64,000 nt of DNA from Akkermansia sp. (lineage in GTDB: Bacteria > Verrucomicrobiota > Verrucomicrobiia > Limisphaerales > SIBH01). Every line of letters begins with the position of its first letter. Position 1 is the stretch's first letter. Location of the stretch: the NCBI GenBank assembly GCA_043758205.1, contig JAYVNY010000191.1, forward strand, positions 21,581-85,580. The letters run 5' to 3'. Of this stretch, positions 1 to 9,791 are shown one piece after another. The notes under the pieces are model-generated. The model did no database searches. It was not told the DNA's origin and worked only from the letters and a program-made list of their open reading frames with translations. The position numbers and the translations under genes were made by a program.

Positions 1-586
1 CGGCGGTTGAACTCTGCGGCCATTCAACGAGGAACACGGGCGGCAGCGTAGGAATCCACGGTCCCGCTTCCGTGGGAACCGGGCAGTCGCTCGCGCCGAT
101 GCGCTGCCCCACCGTGAAGCGCCGCTCGCAACGGGCGACACCGTCAGCGATGCCTTGATCATCTTGGGCAATGCTGACTTGCGTGAAGCCGGGATCGACA
201 TCGAGGAAGGCGCGGCGCGTGGGCGCATTGTATTCCTCCCGCCACACCCAAAGCGGGACGGCGCGCAGGATGAGTAAATCCGCCGACGCGCAACGCTCAA
301 TAAAACTGTTCAGCGGCATCCCCAGTGAACCTTCGTTCGTGCGGTAAATCCATTTGCCGGCGAAGCCAAAGGGTTCCAGGCACGCGCGAACGTAAGCCGC
401 GGGGTAATCGAGTTCGGTCGTCCACTCGTTCGTGTCCCAGTTGTAAACCCACGATGACTCGCCGCAATCTTCGAGGTAAATCACGTCGTGACCGAGCGCA
501 CGAAAGCCGAGCAGATATTGCAGAACGGCCCAGGCCTGTCCGCCAAGTCCCGAACGTCCGATGGTGCCTGCGACGATAATAGTCAT
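1..586 (-). CDS. Glycosyltransferase-like protein (GT-B/CgeB-like), N-terminal part only; runs off the window start
   Basis: Open-ended, so absent from the ORF track. My minus-strand translation from the ATG at ~585-587 gives MTIIVAGTIGRSGLGGQAWAVLQYLLGFRALGHDVIYLEDCGESSWVYNW...GPWIPTLPPVFLVEWPQSSTA. It is collinear with and paralogous to the 583..1758 product. Its ATG overlaps the upstream stop (ATGA). Confidence 0.6.
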   Translation of the reverse strand, partial: MTIIVAGTIGRSGLGGQAWAVLQYLLGFRALGHDVIYLEDCGESSWVYNWDTNEWTTELDYPAAYVRACLEPFGFAGKWIYRTNEGSLGMPLNSFIERCASADLLILRAVPLWVWREEYNAPTRRAFLDVDPGFTQVSIAQDDQGIADGVARCERRFTVGQRIGASDCPVPTEAGPWIPTLPPVFLVEWPQSSTA

Positions 587-1758
587 AGCCCGGCGCGCTG
601 CATCAGACTGCCGACAACTTTTTCAGCGGCGAAGTGTTCTTCCGCGACTTCGCGAGCCGCACGGCAATGTTTCGGGTAGTTCGATTCGATTGCATCCACC
701 GCTTCCGTAATGTCGGCCATCGTGCGAAAGCCGAAAAGTCCCTCTCCCGAGCCGTAGAATTTGCTGAAGCCAGTCTCCTGCGTAATGACCGGCCGGCCCG
801 CGGCCAGATAGCACGCGGTGCGATCACTGAACCACCCGGTGTTCGGGCGCACGTATTGATCGCGTGCCACCGTGAATTCGCCGCGCGACTGCGAGATGTA
901 ATCGCGGTAGCCATCCACGCTGGTCGAGACACCGATCGAATCAGCCAGCCGCCATTGATTTGCGGTCAGCAGTTCGCGCACTTCGGGAGTGACCCCAGCC
1001 GCAAGTTCGAACGACACGTTCGCGCGGCGCTTCGGCAGGTCGATGAATTTTTCGAACTCGCGATCCTTCGTCCAATACCAGGTGTCGCCCTGCCACTCGA
1101 TGTTCTTACCTTTGTTGTGCCAGGTGGTGATGGTGTTGAACGGCGCGCCCGGTTTCGACGCTGCGACCGGCCAGAGGTCGAGCAGCACCGGTTGTCGTGT
1201 GGGCATCCAGTGGAAGCGCGCGTCCATGGGAATGCCGCAGTCCGGCCCGCCGATATTTTCGCCGAAGGTGAAGAGCGTGTCGTGCGCTTCGAGCGTGCGA
1301 ATCATTCCCGCGTCGCCCTTCGCCACCTTGACCTGGGACACGAACGGGTCGCTCTCGACATAGATGCGGCGCTTCACCTGCAGGTGTTCGTCCCGGATTT
1401 CCTGTGCGCCGGTCACGTTCAAGAAGGCATCCGCTTCGAGATACAAAGCGTCCACCTGCGCCTCGCTCAAGCCGTAGCATTTGCCGTCGGGATATTTGCC
1501 GCGGAACGCCCATTTGCCGGCAAAGCCGTGTGCTTCCAGCGTGGGAACAATTGCCGCCAGGTTTCCGGTCGGGTCGGGCGAGAGATCGTTGAGCTTGGGG
1601 TCGTAAACCCAGCGTCCGGAATCTTCGATGTAATAAACGTCGTAACCCAGCCGCCGCAGCGCGATGAGGTAATGGAGAAACTGAAACGTGACGCCCGCCA
1701 GCGGATACCAAAACAGTATTCCGAAAACGATGATCTTGCCTTTGGTCGGTTTATTCAA
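583..1758 (-). CDS. Glycosyltransferase-like protein (GT-B fold, CgeB/Glyco_trans_1_2-like C-domain)
   Basis: 391-aa ORF with a TTG start. The N-terminus KIIVFGILFWYPLAGVTFQFLHYLIALRRLGYDVYYIEDSG looks like a GT-B N-domain. The C-terminus FSDRTACYLAAGRPVITQETGF..GLFGFRTMADITEAVDAI looks like a CgeB-type C-domain. No HMM run. Confidence 0.6.
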   Translation of the reverse strand: MNKPTKGKIIVFGILFWYPLAGVTFQFLHYLIALRRLGYDVYYIEDSGRWVYDPKLNDLSPDPTGNLAAIVPTLEAHGFAGKWAFRGKYPDGKCYGLSEAQVDALYLEADAFLNVTGAQEIRDEHLQVKRRIYVESDPFVSQVKVAKGDAGMIRTLEAHDTLFTFGENIGGPDCGIPMDARFHWMPTRQPVLLDLWPVAASKPGAPFNTITTWHNKGKNIEWQGDTWYWTKDREFEKFIDLPKRRANVSFELAAGVTPEVRELLTANQWRLADSIGVSTSVDGYRDYISQSRGEFTVARDQYVRPNTGWFSDRTACYLAAGRPVITQETGFSKFYGSGEGLFGFRTMADITEAVDAIESNYPKHCRAAREVAEEHFAAEKVVGSLMQRAGL

Positions 1759-2353
1759 AATGCGCCTCCCGTTCCACCGGAGAAATTTCGCGAATCACAC
1801 GCGCGGGATTTCCAGCCACGATCGTGAAGGGTGGCACCGACTGCGTGACCACCGAACGCGCGCCGACGATGGAGCCTTCGCCAATCGTCACTCCCGGTAA
1901 GACGCACGAGTCGAAGCCAATCCAGACGTTGCGTTCGATGCGGATGGGTTTCGCTTCGACTGCGGCGCAGGCGAGACGTTTTTCACGCGTTGGCACCAGT
2001 TTCATTTCTTTGCGTCGCTGCTCCGAATTCATCGGCACACGGTAGGTGTCCATCAACACTACGTTCCACGAGATAAGCGCGTAGTCGCCGATGATGACTT
2101 CCGCGTCGCAAATGATCCGGGCGCCATGCACCAGCGCGAAATCGCCGAGCTTCACGCGCGCGTGCGGCCCGAGATCGAACATGGTACCAAGATACGTGGA
2201 AGCGCCCCGGCCGTACTCCACCGCGCGCTCGTGTCGGCTGCGGAAGAATTGAAAACTGAACGTGGTTTCGACATAGGCCGTGTCGTCGATAAACACGTTT
2301 TCGGGGATCGTGCCGGGAAACCAATCCCACGAAAGTGTGCGGGCCGTGCTCAT
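1751..2353 (-). CDS. Hexapeptide-repeat (left-handed beta-helix) acyl/acetyltransferase
   Basis: The track ORF 1751..2635 has an implausible Arg/His-rich N-extension. The internal ATG at 2353 ([14 protein letters not shown]...) overlaps the upstream stop (ATGA). The LbH signature is [46 protein letters not shown]. Confidence 0.85.
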   Translation of the reverse strand: MSTARTLSWDWFPGTIPENVFIDDTAYVETTFSFQFFRSRHERAVEYGRGASTYLGTMFDLGPHARVKLGDFALVHGARIICDAEVIIGDYALISWNVVLMDTYRVPMNSEQRRKEMKLVPTREKRLACAAVEAKPIRIERNVWIGFDSCVLPGVTIGEGSIVGARSVVTQSVPPFTIVAGNPARVIREISPVEREAHFE

Positions 2354-2961
2354 GGGGCGATCACCTGCGCTGGATTCCCCAACACGCGCGCCCCCGCCGG
2401 AACATCGCGAGTGACCAGCGAGCCTGGCTCCACAATCGCGCCCGCACCGATGCGCACGCCTTTCAGGATGGTGGCGTTCGGTCCAATCCAAACATCGTCC
2501 TCGATGATCACCGGCTTTCTGGTAACGACAGGGCGCGGGCGTCCTTGGCCGAGCGGTGAACAAGCGATCGCATCCGCAATCCGTTCCGCCGGCGCGATGG
2601 GATGAAAGTCGGTGTCTGTGACCGTGGTATTCCAACCGATGAGCACGTAGTTCCCCACGATAATTTCAAGTTCGCAAAGCAACACCGCGTTGGTGAAGTA
2701 ACAGTAATTGCCAATGCGCATTCGCCCGCCCGCGCCGAGATCGAAATGCACGCCGTCCATCGTGCATTGCTCGCCAATAATCAGTGCTTCCGATTGGGTC
2801 GCGTGGAAACGCTTAAAGGCCAGGTCACCGGTGACGAGAGTGTTTGTGCCCAACCGGACGTTCGACGGCGGTATGCCATTCGCCCAACGTCCGGGCGCCG
2901 CAGCAGCATGGGCCAGTTCTTGCACCCGACGGAAATAGCACAACAGACAAACCGCAGGCAA
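2350..2961 (-). CDS. Hexapeptide-repeat acyl/acetyltransferase (second paralog)
   Basis: 203-aa ORF with a TTG start in the track. The motif is [47 protein letters not shown]. The start codon is uncertain. Confidence 0.8.
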   Translation of the reverse strand: MPAVCLLCYFRRVQELAHAAAAPGRWANGIPPSNVRLGTNTLVTGDLAFKRFHATQSEALIIGEQCTMDGVHFDLGAGGRMRIGNYCYFTNAVLLCELEIIVGNYVLIGWNTTVTDTDFHPIAPAERIADAIACSPLGQGRPRPVVTRKPVIIEDDVWIGPNATILKGVRIGAGAIVEPGSLVTRDVPAGARVLGNPAQVIAP

Positions 2962-3137
2962 CGCGCGCGCGAATTTAACTTCATGCGACAGAAGCGTGCG
3001 AGGGGCGGCGTGTCAGAGAACACGGTGTTGCTCACGCCGCCCACGATGTTCGTCAATGACCGCCACTTCTATTGCACCGGACGATGAGCGTCTGGTTGTT
3101 TGTTCCCGCCGCAAAATCCACGTTGTAAATGGCGCAG

Positions 3138-4955
3138 CTATGACACTGGGGTCGCGGGCGCGTTTTGCAAGGCATGGAAACGCGCATAGTGACCGCCGAG
3201 CGCCACCAGTTCTTCGTGCGTTCCACTTTCCACCACCGCGCCTTGCTCCAGCACGATGATTCGCGTCGCGCGCCGGACGGTCGTAAGGCGATGCGCGATG
3301 ACGAAGGTGGTTCGATTCGCCGTGAGCCGCTCCAACACTTGCAGCAATGCGTGCTCGGTCGTCGCATCGAGCGCGCTCGTCGGTTCGTCGAGAATCAGGA
3401 TAGGAGCATTTTTCAGGAACGCGCGCGCGATGGAGAGCCGCTGGCGTTCGCCGCCGGAAAGCGTCGCGCCGCGCTCGCCGATGACCGTTTCGTATTTCTT
3501 GGGAAGGCGCTCGATGAAGGCGTCCGCGTTCGCATCTTTGGCTGCGGTCACAATGTCACGCGTCGTCGCGTGCGGATGGCCATAGGCGATATTTTCGGCG
3601 ATGGTCATCGGGAAGAGAAACGGTTCCTGGAGCACGACGGCGATATTCTGCCGCAGACTCTTCAACGTCACATCGCGTAAGTCGTGACCGTCGATCAGCA
3701 CCCGCCCATTCCACGGATCGGCAAAACGCGGAATCAGGCTGACTAACGTACTCTTGCCCGCGCCGGTCGCGCCGACGATGGCAATGGTTTCGCCGGGCCC
3801 CACATTTAGCGTGACTTCGCGCAGGACCGGACGGTCCGTTTCGTAGCCGAACGTGACTTTCTCAAACCGCACTTCGCCACGGACGTGCGGCAATGCAACT
3901 GCGCCGGGCTTGTCCCGAATCTCCACTTCACTCCTTAGAACTTCCAACACGCGACGCGCACTTCCGGATGCGCCTTGGATGGTGGAGGTCGTGTACATGA
4001 CTGCTTCCAGCGGCGCGTAGAGTGAACCGAGATAGGAGAGGAACAGCACGATGGCGCCGACCGTCAATTCACCGCGTAACGCGTGCTGGGCGCCGATCCA
4101 CAAGATGCCCGCTGTCCCCACGGCAGTGGCCAATCCAATGAGAAACTTGAACTGCATCTGCACGCGCGTGGCGGCCAGTGTCGTGGACATCGCTTCGTTC
4201 ACCGTGGCGTGGAACCGCTCATCGTTCGCGCGTTCGCGGGAAAACGCCTGCACGACGGGCATGGCGGAGAAGGTTTGTTCGACGACTTCGTAAATGTGCC
4301 CTTCGGCTTCCTGCTGCGCGTAACTGCGCTCCATCATCCGCTTCGCGAACAGGCGGAACACGACGATCAGGTAAGGCGCCACGGCGACGGCGAGCAAGGT
4401 GAGCGACGCGTTGATGCGCCACATCACCGTGAACATCGCGGTCAGAGCGAGGATGGAAGAGAACACGGGCAGCAGCGCGTCTTTGACAATTGTGGAGAGG
4501 CAGGTGCAATCCGCCGTCACGCGCCGGATGTTGTCACCCACCGATTTGCTGGCGTGAAATCGCAGCGAGAGTCCCTGGAATTTCGTGAACAAGTCCGACG
4601 CGAGATCATACGTCATGCGCTGGCCGAGGCTGATGTTTGCGTAATTGGTCACAACGTTTACGGACCAGCTCAACAGAAACAGAATGACTGTCGTCGCCAC
4701 GGCCCAGCCGATGAGATACGGCGCGTCGTGGGCACCCGGCAACGTGGCGACAAAATTTTCCAGCCACACCGGCATCGGCCTGTGGCGCAGGACGTAGTCG
4801 ATCAGGAAGACCATCGGCCATGGCTTCAGCACATCGAGGCCGACGCGCACCACCATCGTGGCAATCAAAACGACCAGCGGTGCGGGACGCCGGCACGCGT
4901 AACGCAGGGACCAGAGGCAGAGTCGCGTCGTGCTGATGTTCGTGGCTGAATTCAT
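3138..4955 (-). CDS. ABC exporter, fused permease/ATPase half-transporter (MsbA-like type I exporter)
   Basis: 605 aa with an N-terminal 6-TM region. Walker A GATGAGKST, signature LSGGERQRLSIARA, Walker B ILILDEPTSALD. The ATG overlaps the upstream stop (ATGA at 4952-4955). Confidence 0.95.
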   Translation of the reverse strand: MNSATNISTTRLCLWSLRYACRRPAPLVVLIATMVVRVGLDVLKPWPMVFLIDYVLRHRPMPVWLENFVATLPGAHDAPYLIGWAVATTVILFLLSWSVNVVTNYANISLGQRMTYDLASDLFTKFQGLSLRFHASKSVGDNIRRVTADCTCLSTIVKDALLPVFSSILALTAMFTVMWRINASLTLLAVAVAPYLIVVFRLFAKRMMERSYAQQEAEGHIYEVVEQTFSAMPVVQAFSRERANDERFHATVNEAMSTTLAATRVQMQFKFLIGLATAVGTAGILWIGAQHALRGELTVGAIVLFLSYLGSLYAPLEAVMYTTSTIQGASGSARRVLEVLRSEVEIRDKPGAVALPHVRGEVRFEKVTFGYETDRPVLREVTLNVGPGETIAIVGATGAGKSTLVSLIPRFADPWNGRVLIDGHDLRDVTLKSLRQNIAVVLQEPFLFPMTIAENIAYGHPHATTRDIVTAAKDANADAFIERLPKKYETVIGERGATLSGGERQRLSIARAFLKNAPILILDEPTSALDATTEHALLQVLERLTANRTTFVIAHRLTTVRRATRIIVLEQGAVVESGTHEELVALGGHYARFHALQNAPATPVS

Positions 4956-6715
4956 GCCGTGGCCCCGAGTTGCGGTTGATGAAAGCGTGCGTAGATGCCG
5001 CGGCGAGAAAGCAACTCATCGTGCGTGCCCAGTTCCGCGATGCGGCCATGATCGAGCACGGCAATTTTCGTGGCGCGGCGAATCGTTGAAAGCCGATGCG
5101 CAATCACGAACGTGGTGCGCCCGCGCATCAGTTGCTCCAAAGCCAACAGAATTGTTTGTTCCGTGCCGGAATCCAAAGCGCTGGTTGGTTCGTCGAGAAT
5201 GAGAATGGGCGAGTTCTTTAGAAACGCTCGGGCGATCGCAATGCGCTGACGTTCGCCACCGGACAGCGTTACTCCTCGCTCGGCAATAACCGTGTCGTAT
5301 CCATGCGGCAATCGCTCGATGAACTCGTGGGCATGGGCCGCTTGCGCCGCCGCAATAACTTCCGCGCGAGGCGCGCCAGGCCTTCCGTAGGCAATGTTCT
5401 CCGCCACGGAAAATGGAAAGAGAAACGGCTCTTGCAGCACGATTGAAATGTTCGCGCGCAGATCGGCAATGCGAAGGTCGCGCACATCGCTGCCGTCGAT
5501 CAGCACCCGGCCGGCCCTCACGTCGAAAAATCGCGGGATGAGATTCAACAGCGTGCTCTTGCCTGCGCCGGTCGCTCCGACAATCGCGATGGTTTCTCCC
5601 GGCGAAGCCACGAGCGAGACCTCGCAGAGCACCGGCTGGTTCGGTTCGTAAGCGAACGAAACGTCTTCGAATCGGACTTCGCCGCGCATTTTGGGCACGG
5701 GACGAGCATCGGGTTTGTCGGCCACCTCCGGCCTGGCCTCAAGCACTTCGACGACACGCTCAACACTCGCGCTCAGTCCCTGCATCGTCGTGTAAACACC
5801 GGTGAACGTTTTCATCTGCGTCTGCAACGAGTTCAGATACACTAGGAACACCAGCAGGCTGCCGAGAGAGAGTTCGTCCGCCAGCACGTGCCTCGCGCCG
5901 AACCAGAGAATGACACCCGTGCCGAGTGTCGTAATGAGTCCCGAGGCCAGGCTGTTCACGCTGCCGATCAAGGTGCTGCGCTGTTGCACGCGAATGGCGC
6001 TGTCGGCGAACTTCTCGAACTTCTCCTGCTCGCGCTCTTCCTGGCCGAACGCCTGCACGACGGGGATACCCGTGAGTGTTTGCTGGATATGAGACTGGAT
6101 TCGGCTCTCGATTTCGCGCCGCAACTTGGCGGCGGCCCGCAACGGTTTTCCCACCAGGAACGAAGCACAAACCATGAGCGGCGCGGTGATGAGGGCAATC
6201 CACGTCAGCGTCCCATCGAGCCGGGACATGAGGAAAATCATGGCGGCGATGGTGAGAAGCGCATGGCCCGGCGCGAAACACAACGCGTCCACCACATTGT
6301 GAACCGCCCAGCAGTCCACCGTGATGCGGCTCATCGTGTCGCCTACGGAGTTGCGACTGTGAAAGAGCAGCGAGCGGCGTTGCAGCCGGGCGAACATGTC
6401 CTCGGCGAGATCATAAACCATGCGGCGTCCGGCGACCGTCCAGAGCCACGTGAGCGCGGCATCGAGCGCGGCATTGATGACAAAGAGCGCGAGGCCGCAA
6501 ATAACGATTCCGGCGAGCAATCCCCGTGGTGTGGCGAAAATGTTCTGCAACCATTCGCCCGCGGGTTGCGTGCCGAGCACGTGATCGACAAGCAGTTTCA
6601 TCGGCCAGGGCTGAAGGGCGACCAGCGAGGAAGCGCAAACGGTCAGGAACGCGATGAAAATAAATCGCGAACGCTGTCGTCCAGCGTAAGGAAGCAACTT
6701 AAGCGCGCGTCGCAT
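4952..6715 (-). CDS. ABC exporter, fused permease/ATPase half-transporter (partner of 3138..4955)
   Basis: I trimmed the track ORF 4952..6841 to the ATG at 6715 (MRRALKLLPYAGRQRSRFIFIAFLTV...). It carries GATGAGKST, LSGGERQRIAIARA and ILILDEPTSALD. The gene pair suggests a heterodimer. Confidence 0.95.
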   Translation of the reverse strand: MRRALKLLPYAGRQRSRFIFIAFLTVCASSLVALQPWPMKLLVDHVLGTQPAGEWLQNIFATPRGLLAGIVICGLALFVINAALDAALTWLWTVAGRRMVYDLAEDMFARLQRRSLLFHSRNSVGDTMSRITVDCWAVHNVVDALCFAPGHALLTIAAMIFLMSRLDGTLTWIALITAPLMVCASFLVGKPLRAAAKLRREIESRIQSHIQQTLTGIPVVQAFGQEEREQEKFEKFADSAIRVQQRSTLIGSVNSLASGLITTLGTGVILWFGARHVLADELSLGSLLVFLVYLNSLQTQMKTFTGVYTTMQGLSASVERVVEVLEARPEVADKPDARPVPKMRGEVRFEDVSFAYEPNQPVLCEVSLVASPGETIAIVGATGAGKSTLLNLIPRFFDVRAGRVLIDGSDVRDLRIADLRANISIVLQEPFLFPFSVAENIAYGRPGAPRAEVIAAAQAAHAHEFIERLPHGYDTVIAERGVTLSGGERQRIAIARAFLKNSPILILDEPTSALDSGTEQTILLALEQLMRGRTTFVIAHRLSTIRRATKIAVLDHGRIAELGTHDELLSRRGIYARFHQPQLGATA

Positions 6716-6776
6716 CTGCGTTTGTAGCGTGCCAGAAAATGAGGCGCAGCAACAAATGTGGCTATTGTCGAAATCG

Positions 6777-7517
6777 TTACTCGCCCGCGCGCTGGGCGGC
6801 GACGTGGCCGTCGAAGTAAAGTGCGTTGCGCACGTTGCCATGCACGGGTTTGTACGGCAAATCGTCGTACCAACTCACCGCTGGATTGGGCACGTTGATA
6901 CGATCCGCGTCGGTAACGGCCCACAAATCCGCGCCGGATTTATATTGATCCATCGAGCCCAAAGTCATGGGTTCTTGTAAGGGACCGGGGCGGGACGGAT
7001 AGCCGAACGGGCGGACCTGCGCTCCGGGAGCAGGATCTATATTCTGGTTCAGAATGAAACATTTGCGACCATTCATGCTCGCGACGGCGGGGGCCTCCCT
7101 CTCATAGCCCGGACAGATCATCGTTTTCGCTATCACCATTTTGCCGGAAGGTTGCGGATAGCCCATCTGGGGAGCGATGTAGTAGGCCAATTCGTCCTTA
7201 CTGTTCTGGTCGTAATTCGGCCGGGCGCCACCCAGTGCTGGACCAGGCAATTTCTCTTCGTTATCACCGACGTAGAGGTAAATGCCGATGCCCATTTGCT
7301 TCAGATTGGAGAGACATTGCGTCTGCTGCGCTTTGCGCTTCGCTCGCGCCAAGGAGGGGAGCAATAGACTCGAGAGAATAGCAATGATCGCGATGACGAC
7401 GAGCAGTTCGATCAACGTAAAGCCTCGACACACGCAAGTTTTCAGCCCCGAACGGCCACACCAACTACCCATCGTTTTTCCAAATTGTTTCATAGTATTG
7501 GATCCTTCCTGATCCAC
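6777..7517 (-). CDS. Prepilin-type N-terminal cleavage/methylation domain protein (DUF1559 / H-X9-DG-like)
   Basis: Class III signal [24 protein letters not shown]. The C-terminus is [14 protein letters not shown] (H-x9-DG). The alternative ATG at 7493 (MKQFGK) is possible. Confidence 0.9.
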   Translation of the reverse strand: MDQEGSNTMKQFGKTMGSWCGRSGLKTCVCRGFTLIELLVVIAIIAILSSLLLPSLARAKRKAQQTQCLSNLKQMGIGIYLYVGDNEEKLPGPALGGARPNYDQNSKDELAYYIAPQMGYPQPSGKMVIAKTMICPGYEREAPAVASMNGRKCFILNQNIDPAPGAQVRPFGYPSRPGPLQEPMTLGSMDQYKSGADLWAVTDADRINVPNPAVSWYDDLPYKPVHGNVRNALYFDGHVAAQRAGE

Positions 7518-7583
7518 TGACGAGCGACTTTCTCTGCCGAATCTTTTGACCTTTAATGACTGCGAGCTAAAAATTTGTCGTCG

Positions 7584-7808
7584 TCACCGCAACAACAGCA
7601 TGACGACTGTCGCCAGGCCAATGGCGAGGCAGCAAACTGACACCCCCACAAGCCACAGTCCCAGCCTCCGCCGTGGCGTCCCTAACAGGAATCCAAAAGC
7701 CACAGCGAGCGTTATGACTGCGGCGACTATGAGAACCATCGCGCCGCAGAAGAGCGGGACAAACAAGTCGTGCGCGATCAACACGATGCCTTGCGGTGCA
7801 GCACACAT
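7584..7808 (-). CDS. Hypothetical small membrane protein (74 aa, 2-3 predicted TM segments)
   Basis: Internal ATG of track ORF 7584..8048: MCAAPQGIVLIAHDLFVPLFCGAMVLIVAAVITLAVAFGFLLG..LWLVGVSVCCLAIGLATVVMLLLR. The hydrophobic pattern is the only evidence. Confidence 0.3.
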   Translation of the reverse strand: MCAAPQGIVLIAHDLFVPLFCGAMVLIVAAVITLAVAFGFLLGTPRRRLGLWLVGVSVCCLAIGLATVVMLLLR

Positions 7809-8044
7809 ATTTCGACGTCGAACGCGGAATCCTCGAACGCTACAGGGATAGTCCGGCCTGGAGCGGAAATGATTTCCGTATCGGAGATAAGGTGGAGCAT
7901 CGCTTCGTAAAGTCCCCGGCGACCCACGAATCGACAGGCTTGGGCTAGGCCCGAAAATGTAAGCGCCTCGGGCAGGTCCTGGGTCCACGCGCCAGTGCGA
8001 CTGGCGTAAGCTCCTTCGCGATTTCTTTGCACCAAGACTTTCAT
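7778..8044 (-). CDS. Hypothetical protein (88 aa)
   Basis: ORF MKVLVQRNREGAYASRTGAWTQDLPEALTF... in an AT-richer spacer. It overlaps the start of the small membrane ORF by ~30 nt. No recognisable family. Confidence 0.3.
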   Translation of the reverse strand: MKVLVQRNREGAYASRTGAWTQDLPEALTFSGLAQACRFVGRRGLYEAMLHLISDTEIISAPGRTIPVAFEDSAFDVEICVLHRKASC

Positions 8045-8233
8045 TCACCCGGCTTTCGCACGTGCCATGCCAATAGTGTGACGAGTCATTTAATCAGGGA
8101 CCGGGGTGCTGGCCCGCCCGCCTCGGTGGGTGTCATTTCCCACGGCAAGACATTTTGGGCGACCTCACCCGAACGCCCTCCCAACGGATAAAACGTTGAA
8201 CTGGTACTCGTTCCGCCCCGATATTTGAACGGC

Positions 8234-9676
8234 ATGTCCCCTGGAAAATTAGCCGGAACAAATATTCTGGTCGTCGAAGACGACCCATTGCTGCATCGGC
8301 AGATCGTGGCGCATCTGCAAAGTAGCGGTGCGGATGTTGTCGGCGTACCCAACCTCCAGCAGGCGAAAGGCGAACTTGAATCGCAGCGGAGTTTCGACGT
8401 GGCGCTGCTGGATGTGAATTTGCCGGACGGTCTCGGCACTGACTTGCTGACCTCGGGAGTTTTTCCCCAACAGACGGCGGTGATTGTGATGACCGCTCAC
8501 GGCGGAATTGATTGCGCGGTCGCCGCGATGAAAAATGGCGCCGCCGATTATCTGCGCAAGCCGTTCGATCTGGCGGAACTGCCGCTGGTGATTTCAAGGG
8601 CGCGCGAATCGGGCCGGCAGGCACGCATCAAAGAACACGTGCGGGAAACGAACGAAGATGCGGAGGATTCGTTTTTTTTCGGTGCCAGTCTGACAGCCCT
8701 GGCCAACCAGATGGATAAAATTATCGCAGCAGATGAGCGTCTCGGCTCGCTGTTGCCGCCCATTCTGATCGAAGGCGAGACGGGCACGGGCAAGACCACG
8801 ATCGCGCGGCGGTTGCACGACCGCGGACCGCGACAAACCCGTCCGTTCATCGACATCAATTGCTCGGCGCTGCCCGATCATCTGCTGGAATCGGAATTGT
8901 TCGGGCACGAGCGCGGCGCTTTCACGGACGCGCGGACAGCGCGCATGGGGTTGTTCGAGGCAGCGGACGGCGGCACGCTTTTTTTGGATGAGCTTCCGAG
9001 CCTGCCACTCTCGGCGCAGGCGAAACTGCTCACGGCCATCGAGACGAAGCGCATTCGCCGCCTCGGCAGTAACAAGACCATTGAAGTGGATGTGCGGGTG
9101 ATCACCGCGACCAATCGCGACCTCAAGGAATCTGTCGCCCAGGGTGAGTTCCGGGAAGATCTGTATCACCGCCTCGATCTGTATCGTGTCAGCATTCCGC
9201 CCCTGCGCGAACGCGGCGAGGACATCATCAAGCTGGCCGGGTTAATCCTCGCGCGCGTGTGCCGGCGCCATCGCGCCGCGCCGCGAACTATCAGTGCGCA
9301 GGGCCAACGCCAGCTCTTGAGTTATCGCTGGCCCGGCAATGTCCGCGAGCTGGCCCATGAGATTGAGCGCGCGGTGGTTTTTGAAGACGCCGCTGTGCTC
9401 GACTTCGCACGGCTTGCGCCCGACTCAGCCGCGCCGATTGCCGCCCTCCCAATGGCCGATTCGAACGAATGGTTTAATGACCAATTCGTTTTTCCAACGG
9501 ATGGTTTTTCGCTGGATGCCGCCACGAATCGGCTCATTCATCAGGCTTTGAAACAGTCCAGGGCCAATGTCTCGGCAGCCGCACGCCTGTTGGGCGTCTC
9601 GCGAGATTTCCTGCGCTACAGACTGGCGGGAAAGCAAACTGAGAACATGCCCCCATCCGAGAGCGACAAAGGGTGA
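8234..9676 (+). CDS. Sigma54-dependent response regulator (NtrC/ZraR family enhancer-binding protein)
   Basis: REC domain ILVVEDDPLL...FDVALLDVNLPDGLG. AAA+ domain ILIEGETGTGKT and ESELFGHERGAFTDA (a GAFTGA-loop variant). C-terminal Fis-type HTH NVSAAARLLGVSRDFLRYRL. I prefer the ATG at 8234 over the track TTG at 8225. Confidence 0.95.
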   Translation: MSPGKLAGTNILVVEDDPLLHRQIVAHLQSSGADVVGVPNLQQAKGELESQRSFDVALLDVNLPDGLGTDLLTSGVFPQQTAVIVMTAHGGIDCAVAAMKNGAADYLRKPFDLAELPLVISRARESGRQARIKEHVRETNEDAEDSFFFGASLTALANQMDKIIAADERLGSLLPPILIEGETGTGKTTIARRLHDRGPRQTRPFIDINCSALPDHLLESELFGHERGAFTDARTARMGLFEAADGGTLFLDELPSLPLSAQAKLLTAIETKRIRRLGSNKTIEVDVRVITATNRDLKESVAQGEFREDLYHRLDLYRVSIPPLRERGEDIIKLAGLILARVCRRHRAAPRTISAQGQRQLLSYRWPGNVRELAHEIERAVVFEDAAVLDFARLAPDSAAPIAALPMADSNEWFNDQFVFPTDGFSLDAATNRLIHQALKQSRANVSAAARLLGVSRDFLRYRLAGKQTENMPPSESDKG

Positions 9677-9737
9677 AGACACCCATGATGGTTCACGTTC
9701 ACAGGCCACAGGCCGATGGGTTGGGGTGGGCCATCGG

Positions 9738-9753
9738 TGGCACGTTCTGTGCA
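9738..9753 (+). promoter_or_regulatory. Sigma54 (-24/-12) promoter candidate
   Basis: TGGCACGTTCTGTGCA compared with consensus TGGCACG-N4-TTGCW. The GG/GC spacing is exact and there is one mismatch in the -12 box. It lies ~40 nt upstream of the ATG at 9792, directly after a sigma54 activator gene. Confidence 0.6.
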
Positions 9754-9791
9754 TCTCGAAGGTCATAGGGATGCCACAACAGGTAAATAAC

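Noticed and set aside
634-1827. 397-aa plus-strand ORF, and many similar long ORFs: 4083..4949, 5888..6727, 9699..10844, 11773..12897, 20912..22918, 25958..27004, 46221..47756, 47840..48784, 57906..58931, 58723..60513, 60586..61851, 61899..62825
   Set aside because: All lie antisense to, or out of frame with, genes that have clear family signatures. Their products are Arg/Ala/Gly/His-rich low-complexity strings, typical of shadow ORFs in high-GC DNA.
2354-2635. N-terminal extensions of track ORFs: 1751..2635, 4952..6841, 9567..10310, 15156.., 16563.., 38368.., 51461.., 55369..56115, 55585..56268
   Set aside because: The extensions overlap upstream genes or repeat DNA and have non-protein-like composition. 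Internal ATGs give proper signal peptides or ATGA-coupled starts.
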